NCBI GenBank assembly: GCA_963813355.1
Contig: CAWEYS010000008.1
Location: forward strand, 21,629-85,628
Direction: 5' to 3'
DNA length: 64,000 bases
Source: Miltoncostaeaceae bacterium
GTDB taxonomy: Bacteria > Actinomycetota > Thermoleophilia > Miltoncostaeales > Miltoncostaeaceae
The notes beneath the pieces are model-generated. The model was not told the DNA's origin and searched no databases. It worked only from the letters and a program-made list of their open reading frames with translations. The position numbers and the translations under genes were made by a program. Positions 7,449-14,882 of the stretch are shown here, one piece after another; positions within the stretch are counted from its first letter, which is position 1; every line of letters begins with the position of its first letter.

Positions 7449-8546
7449 TCAGTAGCGCACGGCGCTCTCGCCCAGCGCGGCCCAGACGTCGAGCTTGGTG
7501 CGCACCCGCTTGATGACCTCGTCGGTGAACTCGTCGGTGCCCGCGTGCCCGCCGATGTCGGCGGTCCGGACGTCCTCGGCGACGGCCTCCAGCGCCCCCT
7601 CGTAGATCGCCCGCGAGACCACCGAGGCGTGCTCGTCCTGCATGTAGGGCAGCACCGAGGCCCCGGCGAGGATCATCGCGAGCGGGTTGGCGACGTTCTT
7701 GCCCTGGAGCGTGGGCGCCGTGCCGTGGGGCGCCTCGGCCATGACGGCCGAGGCCCGGAAGTCCTCGTCGAAGGCCAGGAGCTGCGACTCGGCGCCCGCG
7801 ATCGAGCCGAAGAGCTGCAGCACCATGTCCGACAGGCAGTCGCCGTCGCGGTTGAGGGCCGGCACGACCAGCGCGTCGCCGGTGTGGCTGATGAGGGCCG
7901 CGTAGAGGGCGTCGATGAGCATCGGGCGGTAGCGCACGTCGGGGTGGCGGGCCGCGGCGGCGTCGAGCTCCTCCTTGAGGACGCCCTCGTAGACCGGCGA
8001 GACGGTCCACTTGGGGCCGCCGAAGACCGTGGCGTGCATGCGCCGGGCCTGCTGGAAGGCGAACTCGGCGACGGCGCGGCAGGTGCGCCGCGAGATGCGC
8101 TCCACGCGCCAGGCGACCTCGTCGTCGCCCTCGCCCTCGCGGTACTCGCGGGCGTTGTAGGCGTCGTCGACCGCCATGCGCACGATCGAGATGGGCGCGT
8201 GGATGCCGCCGATGGGCCGCACGCCCGACAGCCGCCGGCCGCTGCGGATGATGACCTTGCCCCCGATCGCCTCGCGCAGGAGGGCGTTGGGGCTGCCGAC
8301 GTCCTCGGCGCCCTCGGGGGTGATGGTGGCGGCCTTCAGGCCGAAGCCGTGGCGCACCACGGCCTCGGCGGCGTCGAACACCGCCTGGTTCCGCGTGCGG
8401 CGGCGGTTCTCGAGCGAGAGGTCGTGGCGCTCGATCTCGAGCGGGAGCCCGGTCACGTCCGGGTCGAGGACGCGCAGGGCCTCCTCCAGGAGCTCCTGGC
8501 CGGTCTGGTCGCCCTCCATGACGACGAGGGTGCGCGACTGGGTCAG
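7449..8546 (-). CDS. isocitrate/isopropylmalate dehydrogenase family protein
   Basis: Family blocks are present: LVVMEGDQTGQE (equivalent to GDGIGPE), NRDGDCLSDMV, APHGTAPTLQGKNVANP. The first ATG (8519) would truncate the first beta-strand. CTG 8546 overlaps the upstream stop (CTGA). Confidence 0.8.
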   Translation of the reverse strand: MTQSRTLVVMEGDQTGQELLEEALRVLDPDVTGLPLEIERHDLSLENRRRTRNQAVFDAAEAVVRHGFGLKAATITPEGAEDVGSPNALLREAIGGKVIIRSGRRLSGVRPIGGIHAPISIVRMAVDDAYNAREYREGEGDDEVAWRVERISRRTCRAVAEFAFQQARRMHATVFGGPKWTVSPVYEGVLKEELDAAAARHPDVRYRPMLIDALYAALISHTGDALVVPALNRDGDCLSDMVLQLFGSIAGAESQLLAFDEDFRASAVMAEAPHGTAPTLQGKNVANPLAMILAGASVLPYMQDEHASVVSRAIYEGALEAVAEDVRTADIGGHAGTDEFTDEVIKRVRTKLDVWAALGESAVRY

Positions 8547-8842
8547 GTCGGCGACGGCACGGCCTCCTCCATCGCGTAGAGGCGCACGCGCGGGGCCCGG
8601 CCCTGGCGCTCCTCGAGCAGCGCGATCTGCGCCCGCGTCGCCGGCAGCCCGGCGAACGCCTCGGCATCCTCGCGCCGCTCCCACTCGGCCAGGCAGCCGT
8701 ACTCGCCGGCGTCGGCGTCCACGAACAGGACGTGGCGCCGGCACCCGGCCGCGGCCGCGGCCAGACGGGCCGCGACGGCGCGCGCCTCGTCGAGGCTGCC
8801 CGGGCCGAGCCGGAACGAGATCTCCGTGCCGTAGAGGGTCAT
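8543..8842 (-). CDS. small ABM/Dabb-like (antibiotic-biosynthesis-monooxygenase fold) protein, tentative
   Basis: 99-aa ORF from ATG 8842 with strong GC3. YGCLAEWERREDAEAF resembles the ABM family. The assignment is tentative. Confidence 0.45.
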   Translation of the reverse strand: MTLYGTEISFRLGPGSLDEARAVAARLAAAAAGCRRHVLFVDADAGEYGCLAEWERREDAEAFAGLPATRAQIALLEERQGRAPRVRLYAMEEAVPSPT

Positions 8843-8884
8843 CCGACACGGCAGGGTAGCGCCGAGCCGCCCCGCCCGGGCCGC

Positions 8885-8890
8885 TAGGAT
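8885..8890 (+). promoter_or_regulatory. candidate -10 box (TAGGAT) 6 nt upstream of ATG 8897 (leaderless-type)
   Basis: Sequence reads TAGGAT-cctcgc-ATG, with no SD. Confidence 0.4.
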
Positions 8891-8896
8891 CCTCGC

Positions 8897-9889
8897 ATGC
8901 GCTACCGCACCCTCCCCCGCACCGACGTCGCGGTCTCGGAGGTCGGCTTCGGCGTCTGGACGCTCGCCACCGGCTGGTGGGGCGACAAGGACGACCGCGA
9001 GGCGGTGGACCTGCTGCGCGCGGCGCTCGAGCGGGGCATCACGCTCTACGACACGGCCGACTCGTACGGCAACGGGCGCGGCGAGACGATCCTGGCCGAC
9101 GCCTTCGCGGGCCGCCGCGACGAGGTCGTCTACTCGACCAAGGTCGGCTACGACTGGTACACGCACAGCGGCCCCCGGGGCCAGCGCGAGCTGCCGCACG
9201 ACTGGACCCCCGCCTTCGTCCGCCGCTCCTGCGAGCGCAGCCTCGAGCGCCTCGGCACCGACCGGATCGACGTCTACCAGCTCCACAACCCGCGCATGGA
9301 CGCGATCCGCTCCGACGAGCTGTTCGCCACCCTCGAGGACCTCGTCGCCGAGGGGAAGGTGCGCACCTACGGCGTCTCGCTGGGGCCGAAGATCGGCTGG
9401 CGCGACGAGGGCCTGGCGGCGCTGGCGACCCGGCCGATCACGTCGCTGACGATGATCCACAACGTGCTCGAGCAGGACCCCGGCCGCGACCTCATCGAGG
9501 GCGCGCGGGAGGCGGACACCGGCCTGTTCGTGCGGGTCCCCCACTCCTCCGGGATGCTCGAGGGCAAGTACACGACCGAGACGACCTTCCCGCCGAGCGA
9601 CCACCGCAGCCACCGCCCGCGCTCCTGGCTGCTCGAGGGCCTCCAGAAGATCGAGGCGCTGAGGTTCCTGACCGACGACCGCCCCCAGACGCTCGGGCAG
9701 GCGGCCCTCAAGTGGCTGCTCGCGGAGCCCCTGGTGATGACGACGCTGCCCAACATCTACTCGCTCGAGCAGCTCGAGGAGTTCGCCGCCGCGCCCGACC
9801 TGCCGGACCTGTCCGACGAGGACCTGGCCCGGATCGCCGCGCTCCACGCCGAGAACTTCGGCGTCGTGCCGGAGGCCGCGACGGCTTAG
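8897..9889 (+). CDS. aldo/keto reductase
   Basis: 330 aa with GITLYDTADSYGNGRGE, IDVYQLHNP and a typical AKR C-terminus. Confidence 0.9.
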   Translation: MRYRTLPRTDVAVSEVGFGVWTLATGWWGDKDDREAVDLLRAALERGITLYDTADSYGNGRGETILADAFAGRRDEVVYSTKVGYDWYTHSGPRGQRELPHDWTPAFVRRSCERSLERLGTDRIDVYQLHNPRMDAIRSDELFATLEDLVAEGKVRTYGVSLGPKIGWRDEGLAALATRPITSLTMIHNVLEQDPGRDLIEGAREADTGLFVRVPHSSGMLEGKYTTETTFPPSDHRSHRPRSWLLEGLQKIEALRFLTDDRPQTLGQAALKWLLAEPLVMTTLPNIYSLEQLEEFAAAPDLPDLSDEDLARIAALHAENFGVVPEAATA

Positions 9890-10575
9890 CCCGCGAGGCG
9901 GGTGATGTGGGCCCGCACCATCTGGTCGGCGCCGTCCTCGCCCTCGGGCAGGGCCGCGGCCAGCCGCTCGGCCAGCCGCTCGGCCGCCCCGGCCGGGCCG
10001 GCGCTGCGCTCCACGTCCCCCAGGGCCTCGACGAGCCCGTCGTCGAGGCGGTCCTGCACCTCCACCAGGGGCTCGGAGGCGCGCAGGAAGCGCCGGTAGG
10101 CGCCCACCAGCCGCTCCTGGAGGGCCGTCGCGCGGTCGAGCTCGGGCACCGAGGCGAGCGCCCGGGCGGGGTCGTCGCGCCACCGGGCCAGCTCCAGGGC
10201 CCGGGCGGCGACGACCTCCAGGGTCTCGGCCACCTCGGGCGGGTCGCCCCCGCGGGCGAGCAGGCGCCCGATGGCCCCCGCCAGGTCGCGGAGGGAGGCC
10301 GAGTCGATCAGCGACTCGAGCTGCTCCCAGAGCAGGCTCGCGGCCGCCGCCTCGCGCACCTGCCGGGGGTCGCGCGCCGCCGCCAGGCCGGCGTCCAGGC
10401 AGAGGAACGAGGGGCCCTCGAACGCGCACAGGTAGCTTCGGCGCCCGTGCGCCGACTCCACGGCCCGCACCCCCAGGGGCGGGCGGCCCGCGATCGCGGC
10501 CGCCGCGTCGCGAGCCGCGCCGAGGTCCTCCACCAGCGCCCGCAGCGCGGCGTCGTCGGGCGGCCCGCCCGTCAC
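9886..10575 (-). CDS. hypothetical protein (229 aa), translationally coupled to WS/DGAT
   Basis: The GTG at 10575 overlaps the WS/DGAT stop (GTGA). GC3 is strong. I recognised no motif. Confidence 0.55.
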   Translation of the reverse strand: MTGGPPDDAALRALVEDLGAARDAAAAIAGRPPLGVRAVESAHGRRSYLCAFEGPSFLCLDAGLAAARDPRQVREAAAASLLWEQLESLIDSASLRDLAGAIGRLLARGGDPPEVAETLEVVAARALELARWRDDPARALASVPELDRATALQERLVGAYRRFLRASEPLVEVQDRLDDGLVEALGDVERSAGPAGAAERLAERLAAALPEGEDGADQMVRAHITRLAG

Positions 10576-11816
10576 GCGGCCGCGATGAGCGAGCGCGCCT
10601 CGGCCGCGGCGGCGTCGGCCATCTCCTGCAGGCCGTCGACCAGCACGGGATCGGCGCACAGGCCGAGGTGCATGGTCCCCGCCAGCGACACCGCCCCGAC
10701 GCGCAGCGCGTGGCGCTGCCCGATCTCGGCCAGCGAGTAGAGCCCGGAGACGGGCGCCCGCAGGACGGTCACGGGCGACCGCGGGCCGACGACGTTCGAC
10801 ACGGACACGGCGAACGCCCGTGGGCTCGCCTCGAGCCGCGCGGCGAACCCCTCCAGGGCGGGCGACACGCGCTCGAGGCCGCGGCTCAGCTCGTCGAGCG
10901 TCTCGGCGTCGTGGCCCTCCTTGCACGCAGCGGTGGCCTCGTGGACGGCGCGCAGCCGCGCGATCGCGTCCGGCTCGCCCAGCGGCACCCCGATCGAGAA
11001 GAACGAGTCGCGGTTGGCGGCGTCCTCGCCCTCGTGGTGCAGGCTGACCGGCACCCGGAGCCGGAGGGTGCCGAGCGCTCCGTGGCGCGCCTCGAGCCAG
11101 CGCCGGATGCCCCCCGTGACCGCGCACAGGACCGCGTCGTTGACCGTCGCCCCGCAGGCCGCGCGCGCGGCATCGTGCAACGGCTTCAGCGGGAAGACCG
11201 CGAACGCCACCTCGCGGTCGGCCCCGATCCGGCCGTCGAAGGGCGACGGCCCGCCGGGCGGCCCGAGCTCGCGCCGCAGGAGGCCGCGCAGCCGGCGCCG
11301 GCGCCCTTCGTCGGCGGCCGAGGCGCCGGCGCCGGCCGGGCGCGGGGCCGGGGCGGCGTCCCACAGGATCTCCTCCGCCAGGCGCATGGCCGTCGTCCCG
11401 TCGGCGAGCGCGTGGTGGGTCCGCCAGACCAGCGCCCGCCCCCCGTCCTGCAGCGGCGCGACGTCGATGCGCCACAGGGGGCGCGAGCGGTCCAGGCGCT
11501 CGGCGAAGAGCCGGGCCACCTCGCGGCGCAGCCCCGCGGGATCGAGGGGCCCGGTCGGGGCGGCGACGACGTGCTCGGCGACGTCGAAGCGCTCGGCGGG
11601 GACCCAGGCGGGGGCGCCCCCGGCCTCGCCGAGGCGGCGGGTCAGCTCCGGGGCGCCGCCGATGCGGGCCGCGACGTGCCGGCGCAGCCCGTCCAGGTCG
11701 GGCGCCGAATCGCCCAGGAGCACGACCTTGCAGGCGTGGCCGGCGACGGTGTCGCTCTCGAGCTCGAGGATCGCGCGGTCCTCGGGGCGCAGGAGGATCG
11801 GGGCGGACGGGGTCAC
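10572..11816 (-). CDS. wax ester synthase/diacylglycerol acyltransferase (WS/DGAT) family
   Basis: Catalytic HHxxxDG motif is present (WRTHHALADGTTA). GTG 11816 gives a 414-aa protein. The Arg-rich N-terminal extension of the listed ORF is implausible. Confidence 0.85.
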   Translation of the reverse strand: MTPSAPILLRPEDRAILELESDTVAGHACKVVLLGDSAPDLDGLRRHVAARIGGAPELTRRLGEAGGAPAWVPAERFDVAEHVVAAPTGPLDPAGLRREVARLFAERLDRSRPLWRIDVAPLQDGGRALVWRTHHALADGTTAMRLAEEILWDAAPAPRPAGAGASAADEGRRRRLRGLLRRELGPPGGPSPFDGRIGADREVAFAVFPLKPLHDAARAACGATVNDAVLCAVTGGIRRWLEARHGALGTLRLRVPVSLHHEGEDAANRDSFFSIGVPLGEPDAIARLRAVHEATAACKEGHDAETLDELSRGLERVSPALEGFAARLEASPRAFAVSVSNVVGPRSPVTVLRAPVSGLYSLAEIGQRHALRVGAVSLAGTMHLGLCADPVLVDGLQEMADAAAAEARSLIAAA

Positions 11817-11869
11817 GGCAGCCAGGATAGAGGCCGCCCGCCCGGCGACGGGCGGCGCCGCCGCGAGCG

Positions 11870-11875
11870 TACAAT
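11870..11875 (+). promoter_or_regulatory. candidate -10 box (TACAAT) 7 nt upstream of GTG 11883 (leaderless-type)
   Basis: Sequence reads TACAAT-ccggccg-GTG. Confidence 0.45.
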
Positions 11876-11882
11876 CCGGCCG

Positions 11883-12503
11883 GTGACCGGCGGAGTCGAC
11901 TGCCCCCCGCACCCGCCGGCGCGGGTGCCCCCTGCCGCCGACCTGGCGGCGACCCTCGCCGCGGCCCTCCGGGAGCGGCGCCCCGCCGCGCTGCCCGGCC
12001 CGGGCCGCCGCGCGGCCGTCCTGCTGGTGCTGTTCGACCGGGAGGGCGAGGCCCACCTCCTCCTGACCAAGCGCAGCGACAGCGTGCCCTCGCACCCGGG
12101 GCAGATCTCCCTCCCCGGCGGGGTGGTGGAGCCCGGCGACGCGACGCCGCGCGCGGCGGCCCTGCGCGAGACCGAGGAGGAGGTCGGCATCCCCGCGGCC
12201 TCCCTGCGGGTCGTCGGGGAGCTGGACGACGTGAGCACGATGGTCTCGGGCTTCATCGTCCGGCCGTTCGTGGCCGTCGCCGACGGCGCCCTGGCGCCCG
12301 TGGCGAGCGACGCCGAGGTCGCTCAGATCCTCGAGGTGCGGGTCGCCGACCTGCTGCGGGCCGACGCCGCCCTCCCCGCCGACCCCGCCCCGCTCGCGCT
12401 GCGCTACCCGCTCGTCGGCGAGGACGTCTGGGGCGCCACCGCGCGGATCCTGCGGATCTTCAGCCGGGTGACGCGCTGCTCCCTGGCCGGAGCGGCGCCG
12501 TAG
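11883..12503 (+). CDS. NUDIX hydrolase, CoA pyrophosphatase-like
   Basis: Nudix box GGVVEPGDATPRAAALRETEEEVGI is preceded by LLLTKRSDSVPSHPGQISLPGG, which is typical of NudL/CoA pyrophosphatases. Confidence 0.8.
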   Translation: MTGGVDCPPHPPARVPPAADLAATLAAALRERRPAALPGPGRRAAVLLVLFDREGEAHLLLTKRSDSVPSHPGQISLPGGVVEPGDATPRAAALRETEEEVGIPAASLRVVGELDDVSTMVSGFIVRPFVAVADGALAPVASDAEVAQILEVRVADLLRADAALPADPAPLALRYPLVGEDVWGATARILRIFSRVTRCSLAGAAP

Positions 12504-12945
12504 GCCCGCCCACGAGGGCGCTCAGGTCGACGAGCAGGCCCCGCAGCTCGGCGAAGCGCTCCGCGCCCAGGCCGCGCTCCCAGTCGTCCTCCACCTCCCC
12601 GACGATCTCCCGCATCGCCTCGCCCGCCATCCGGCCGCGGTCGGTGAGGGCGATGCGCGTCGAGCGGCCGTCCGTCGGATCCTCGCGCCGTTCGAGGTAG
12701 CCGAGGTCCTCCATCTGCCCCAGCAGGTAGTTGAGGGCCTGCTTGGTCATGCTCAGCTCCGCGGCGAGCTCGGAGGGCCGCATCCCGTGGGGCCCCGGGT
12801 ACTGCAGGACCCTCAGGTGCGAGGCGTGAAGGCCCTCGAAGCCGCGCGTGCGCATCCCGTCCGCCATCTGCTCGCGCACGACGTCCAGCGGGACGCGCAG
12901 AAGGGCGCCGATCAGCGGGGGTGGTTGAGGAGGAGCGCTGGCCAT
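12460..12945 (-). CDS. MarR family transcriptional regulator
   Basis: LRVLQYPGPHGMRPSELAAELSMTKQALNYLLGQMEDLGYLERREDPTDGRSTRIALTDRG is a classic MarR wHTH plus wing. ATG 12945 is the preferred start. Confidence 0.85.
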   Translation of the reverse strand: MASAPPQPPPLIGALLRVPLDVVREQMADGMRTRGFEGLHASHLRVLQYPGPHGMRPSELAAELSMTKQALNYLLGQMEDLGYLERREDPTDGRSTRIALTDRGRMAGEAMREIVGEVEDDWERGLGAERFAELRGLLVDLSALVGGPTAPLRPGSSASPG

Positions 12946-12951
12946 GATTCC

Positions 12952-13007
12952 GTAAAGTGACTTGACAGTCTTGCCGGATGGAGCATACGCTCGTAAAGTC
13001 ACTTTAC
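12952..13007. promoter_or_regulatory. two copies of a 15-bp palindromic operator in the AT-richer marR/cupin divergent intergenic region
   Basis: GTAAAGTGACTTGAC (12952..12966) and GTAAAGTCACTTTAC (12993..13007). The second is a perfect 7-1-7 palindrome. The first differs at one position from its reverse complement. Confidence 0.55.
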
Positions 13008-13028
13008 AGCATTCGCCAGGAGGTCGTC

Positions 13029-13469
13029 ATGACCGCGCTTCTCTCAGAGACCATGCAGGTTGGCGCCATGGGCATCCGGTTCGCGCTTGAGGCAGGGCAG
13101 TCGGACGGGCGGGCGACCGCCTTCGAGTGCCACGTCCCCGCCGGCGCCCGCATGCCCGCGCCCCACAGCCACGACGCCTTCGACGAGACCAACTACGGCC
13201 TCGCCGGGGTGACGACCTTCACCATCGACGGCCGCGAGCACGAGCTGCACCCCGGTGAGGCGGTCTTCGTGCCGCGCGGCGCCGTGCACGGCTTCGAGAA
13301 CCGCGGCGACGCCGACGCGAGCTTCCTCGCCGTCGTGACGCCCGGCCTGCTCGGCCCCGACTACTTCCGCGAGGTCCGCGCCGTGATCGCGGCCGCGGCG
13401 GGAGGCCCTCCCGACCTCGCCGCCGTCGGCGCGGTGATGCGCCGCCACGGCATCACCCCCGCCGCCTGA
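13029..13469 (+). CDS. cupin domain protein
   Basis: ATG 13029 follows AGGAGG. Cupin motifs are PHSHDAFDETNYGLAG and GEAVFVPRGAVHGFEN. Confidence 0.8.
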   Translation: MTALLSETMQVGAMGIRFALEAGQSDGRATAFECHVPAGARMPAPHSHDAFDETNYGLAGVTTFTIDGREHELHPGEAVFVPRGAVHGFENRGDADASFLAVVTPGLLGPDYFREVRAVIAAAAGGPPDLAAVGAVMRRHGITPAA

Positions 13470-13481
13470 CGCCGTGGGGCG

Positions 13482-13745
13482 CTAGCCCCCGGCGATCTCG
13501 AGCGACGGGCGGGGCGGCAGGTCGGGCCGCTCGACTCCGGCGGTCTCGCCGTCGTAGCCGAGCCGCTCGAGGTACTCCAGATGGGCCGCCAGCTCGGGCT
13601 GGCGCGGGTGGTCGGGCGGCAGCGAGGCCGCGAGCTGCGCGATCCGCTCGGCGGCCTGGAAGGCGAAGTGCGGGGTCGCCGCGCCGACGAGCTGTGCCAG
13701 CTCGTCCTCGGTGGGGAGGTCGTGGACGTGCTCGTGCACCGACAC
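13482..13745 (-). CDS. small hypothetical protein (87 aa)
   Basis: Strong GC3 from the GTG start at 13745. I recognised no motif. Confidence 0.55.
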   Translation of the reverse strand: MSVHEHVHDLPTEDELAQLVGAATPHFAFQAAERIAQLAASLPPDHPRQPELAAHLEYLERLGYDGETAGVERPDLPPRPSLEIAGG

Positions 13746-13753
13746 CGCCGCGG

Positions 13754-13759
13754 AGGGTA
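13754..13759 (-). promoter_or_regulatory. candidate -10 box (TACCCT) 8 nt upstream of GTG 13745 (leaderless-type)
   Basis: Minus strand reads TACCCT-ccgcggcg-GTG. Confidence 0.35.
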
Positions 13760-13781
13760 CCAGCCGTCCCCCGGATGCGGT

Positions 13782-13787
13782 TAGGGT
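13782..13787 (+). promoter_or_regulatory. candidate -10 box (TAGGGT) 5 nt upstream of ATG 13793 (leaderless-type)
   Basis: Sequence reads TAGGGT-ggccc-ATG. Confidence 0.35.
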
Positions 13788-13792
13788 GGCCC

Positions 13793-14848
13793 ATGGCCGG
13801 CCTTCGGCGGGTGCTGCTGGGCCTGTGGCTGGAGATCCGTGTGATCCCGGTGCTCCTCTGGTCGTTCACCGCGATCACCCTCGGGACGGCCCTCGCCTGG
13901 CGCGACGGAGACGGGATCTCCGTCGGGGGCTACCTCGTCGCGGTGGCGGTCGGCGTGCTGCTGCAGGGGCTGGTGGCGCATTGCGTGAACGAGATCGCCG
14001 ACTGGCGGTCGGGCACCGACCGCGACCCCGCCCCGCGGGTCATCAGCGGGGGCAGCAAGGTGATCGCCTCCGGGCTCCTCGGGACGCGGGAGCTGCGCCT
14101 CGTCGGGTTCGCGGCGGCGATCGCCGCGACGGTCCTCGGGATCTTCGCCGCCGCGGAGTGGGGCTGGATCCTGCTGGCCTACGGCGCGGCGGGCCTCGCC
14201 GGAGCGGTGCTCTACACGCTCCCGCCCGTGCGGGCCGCCTACCGCCCCTTCACCGGCGAGGCGGTCGCCTTCGTCTGCATCTGGGGCTGCACGACCGGCG
14301 CCTACGTGCTCCAGCGCGGCGAGCTGTCGGGCGGCGCCGCGCTGGCCGGCATCGCCTACGCGGCCTCGTGCGTGGCGATGCTGATGATGCACCACTACCT
14401 CGACCGCATCCCCGACAGCCGGGCGCTGCCGCCGAAGACGACCACGATCGTCCTGCTGGGCCGCGCCGGGCGCCGCTACGCCGTCCTCTGGGCGGCCATC
14501 GCCCTGGTCGGCGCCTGCCTGCTGACGGCGCTGGTGGACGACCGCTTCGCCATCGCCGCGGCCGCGTTCGCCGCCGCCCTGGCGGTCCACGCCGGGGTCA
14601 ACCCCTCCGACCCGGCCTCGGTCACGCGCGGCGAGCTCGCGGTGATCGTCCTGGGCATGGCCGGGGGCCTCGGCACCGCGGCGGCCCTCGCCCCCCCGCT
14701 GCTCTGGGCTCTCGTGGCCGCGGTCGTCCTGGTCCCGATCGAGCTCATCCTCTCGGGCCTGGCCCACCGCGACCTGATGGCCGCCCGCTCGGAGCGCTCT
14801 TCGCACCCGACCGGCGGGGGTCCGGCGGACACCCCTGGGCTATCATGA
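13793..14848 (+). CDS. UbiA-family aromatic prenyltransferase (polytopic membrane protein)
   Basis: About 8-9 hydrophobic spans. The first Asp-rich motif is NEIADWRSGTDRD and the second region is HHYLDRIPD. ATG 13793 is the preferred start. Confidence 0.75.
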   Translation: MAGLRRVLLGLWLEIRVIPVLLWSFTAITLGTALAWRDGDGISVGGYLVAVAVGVLLQGLVAHCVNEIADWRSGTDRDPAPRVISGGSKVIASGLLGTRELRLVGFAAAIAATVLGIFAAAEWGWILLAYGAAGLAGAVLYTLPPVRAAYRPFTGEAVAFVCIWGCTTGAYVLQRGELSGGAALAGIAYAASCVAMLMMHHYLDRIPDSRALPPKTTTIVLLGRAGRRYAVLWAAIALVGACLLTALVDDRFAIAAAAFAAALAVHAGVNPSDPASVTRGELAVIVLGMAGGLGTAAALAPPLLWALVAAVVLVPIELILSGLAHRDLMAARSERSSHPTGGGPADTPGLS

Positions 14849-14882
14849 GCGGGCCCGGACGGGCCGAGCTTTCGGAGCGACC

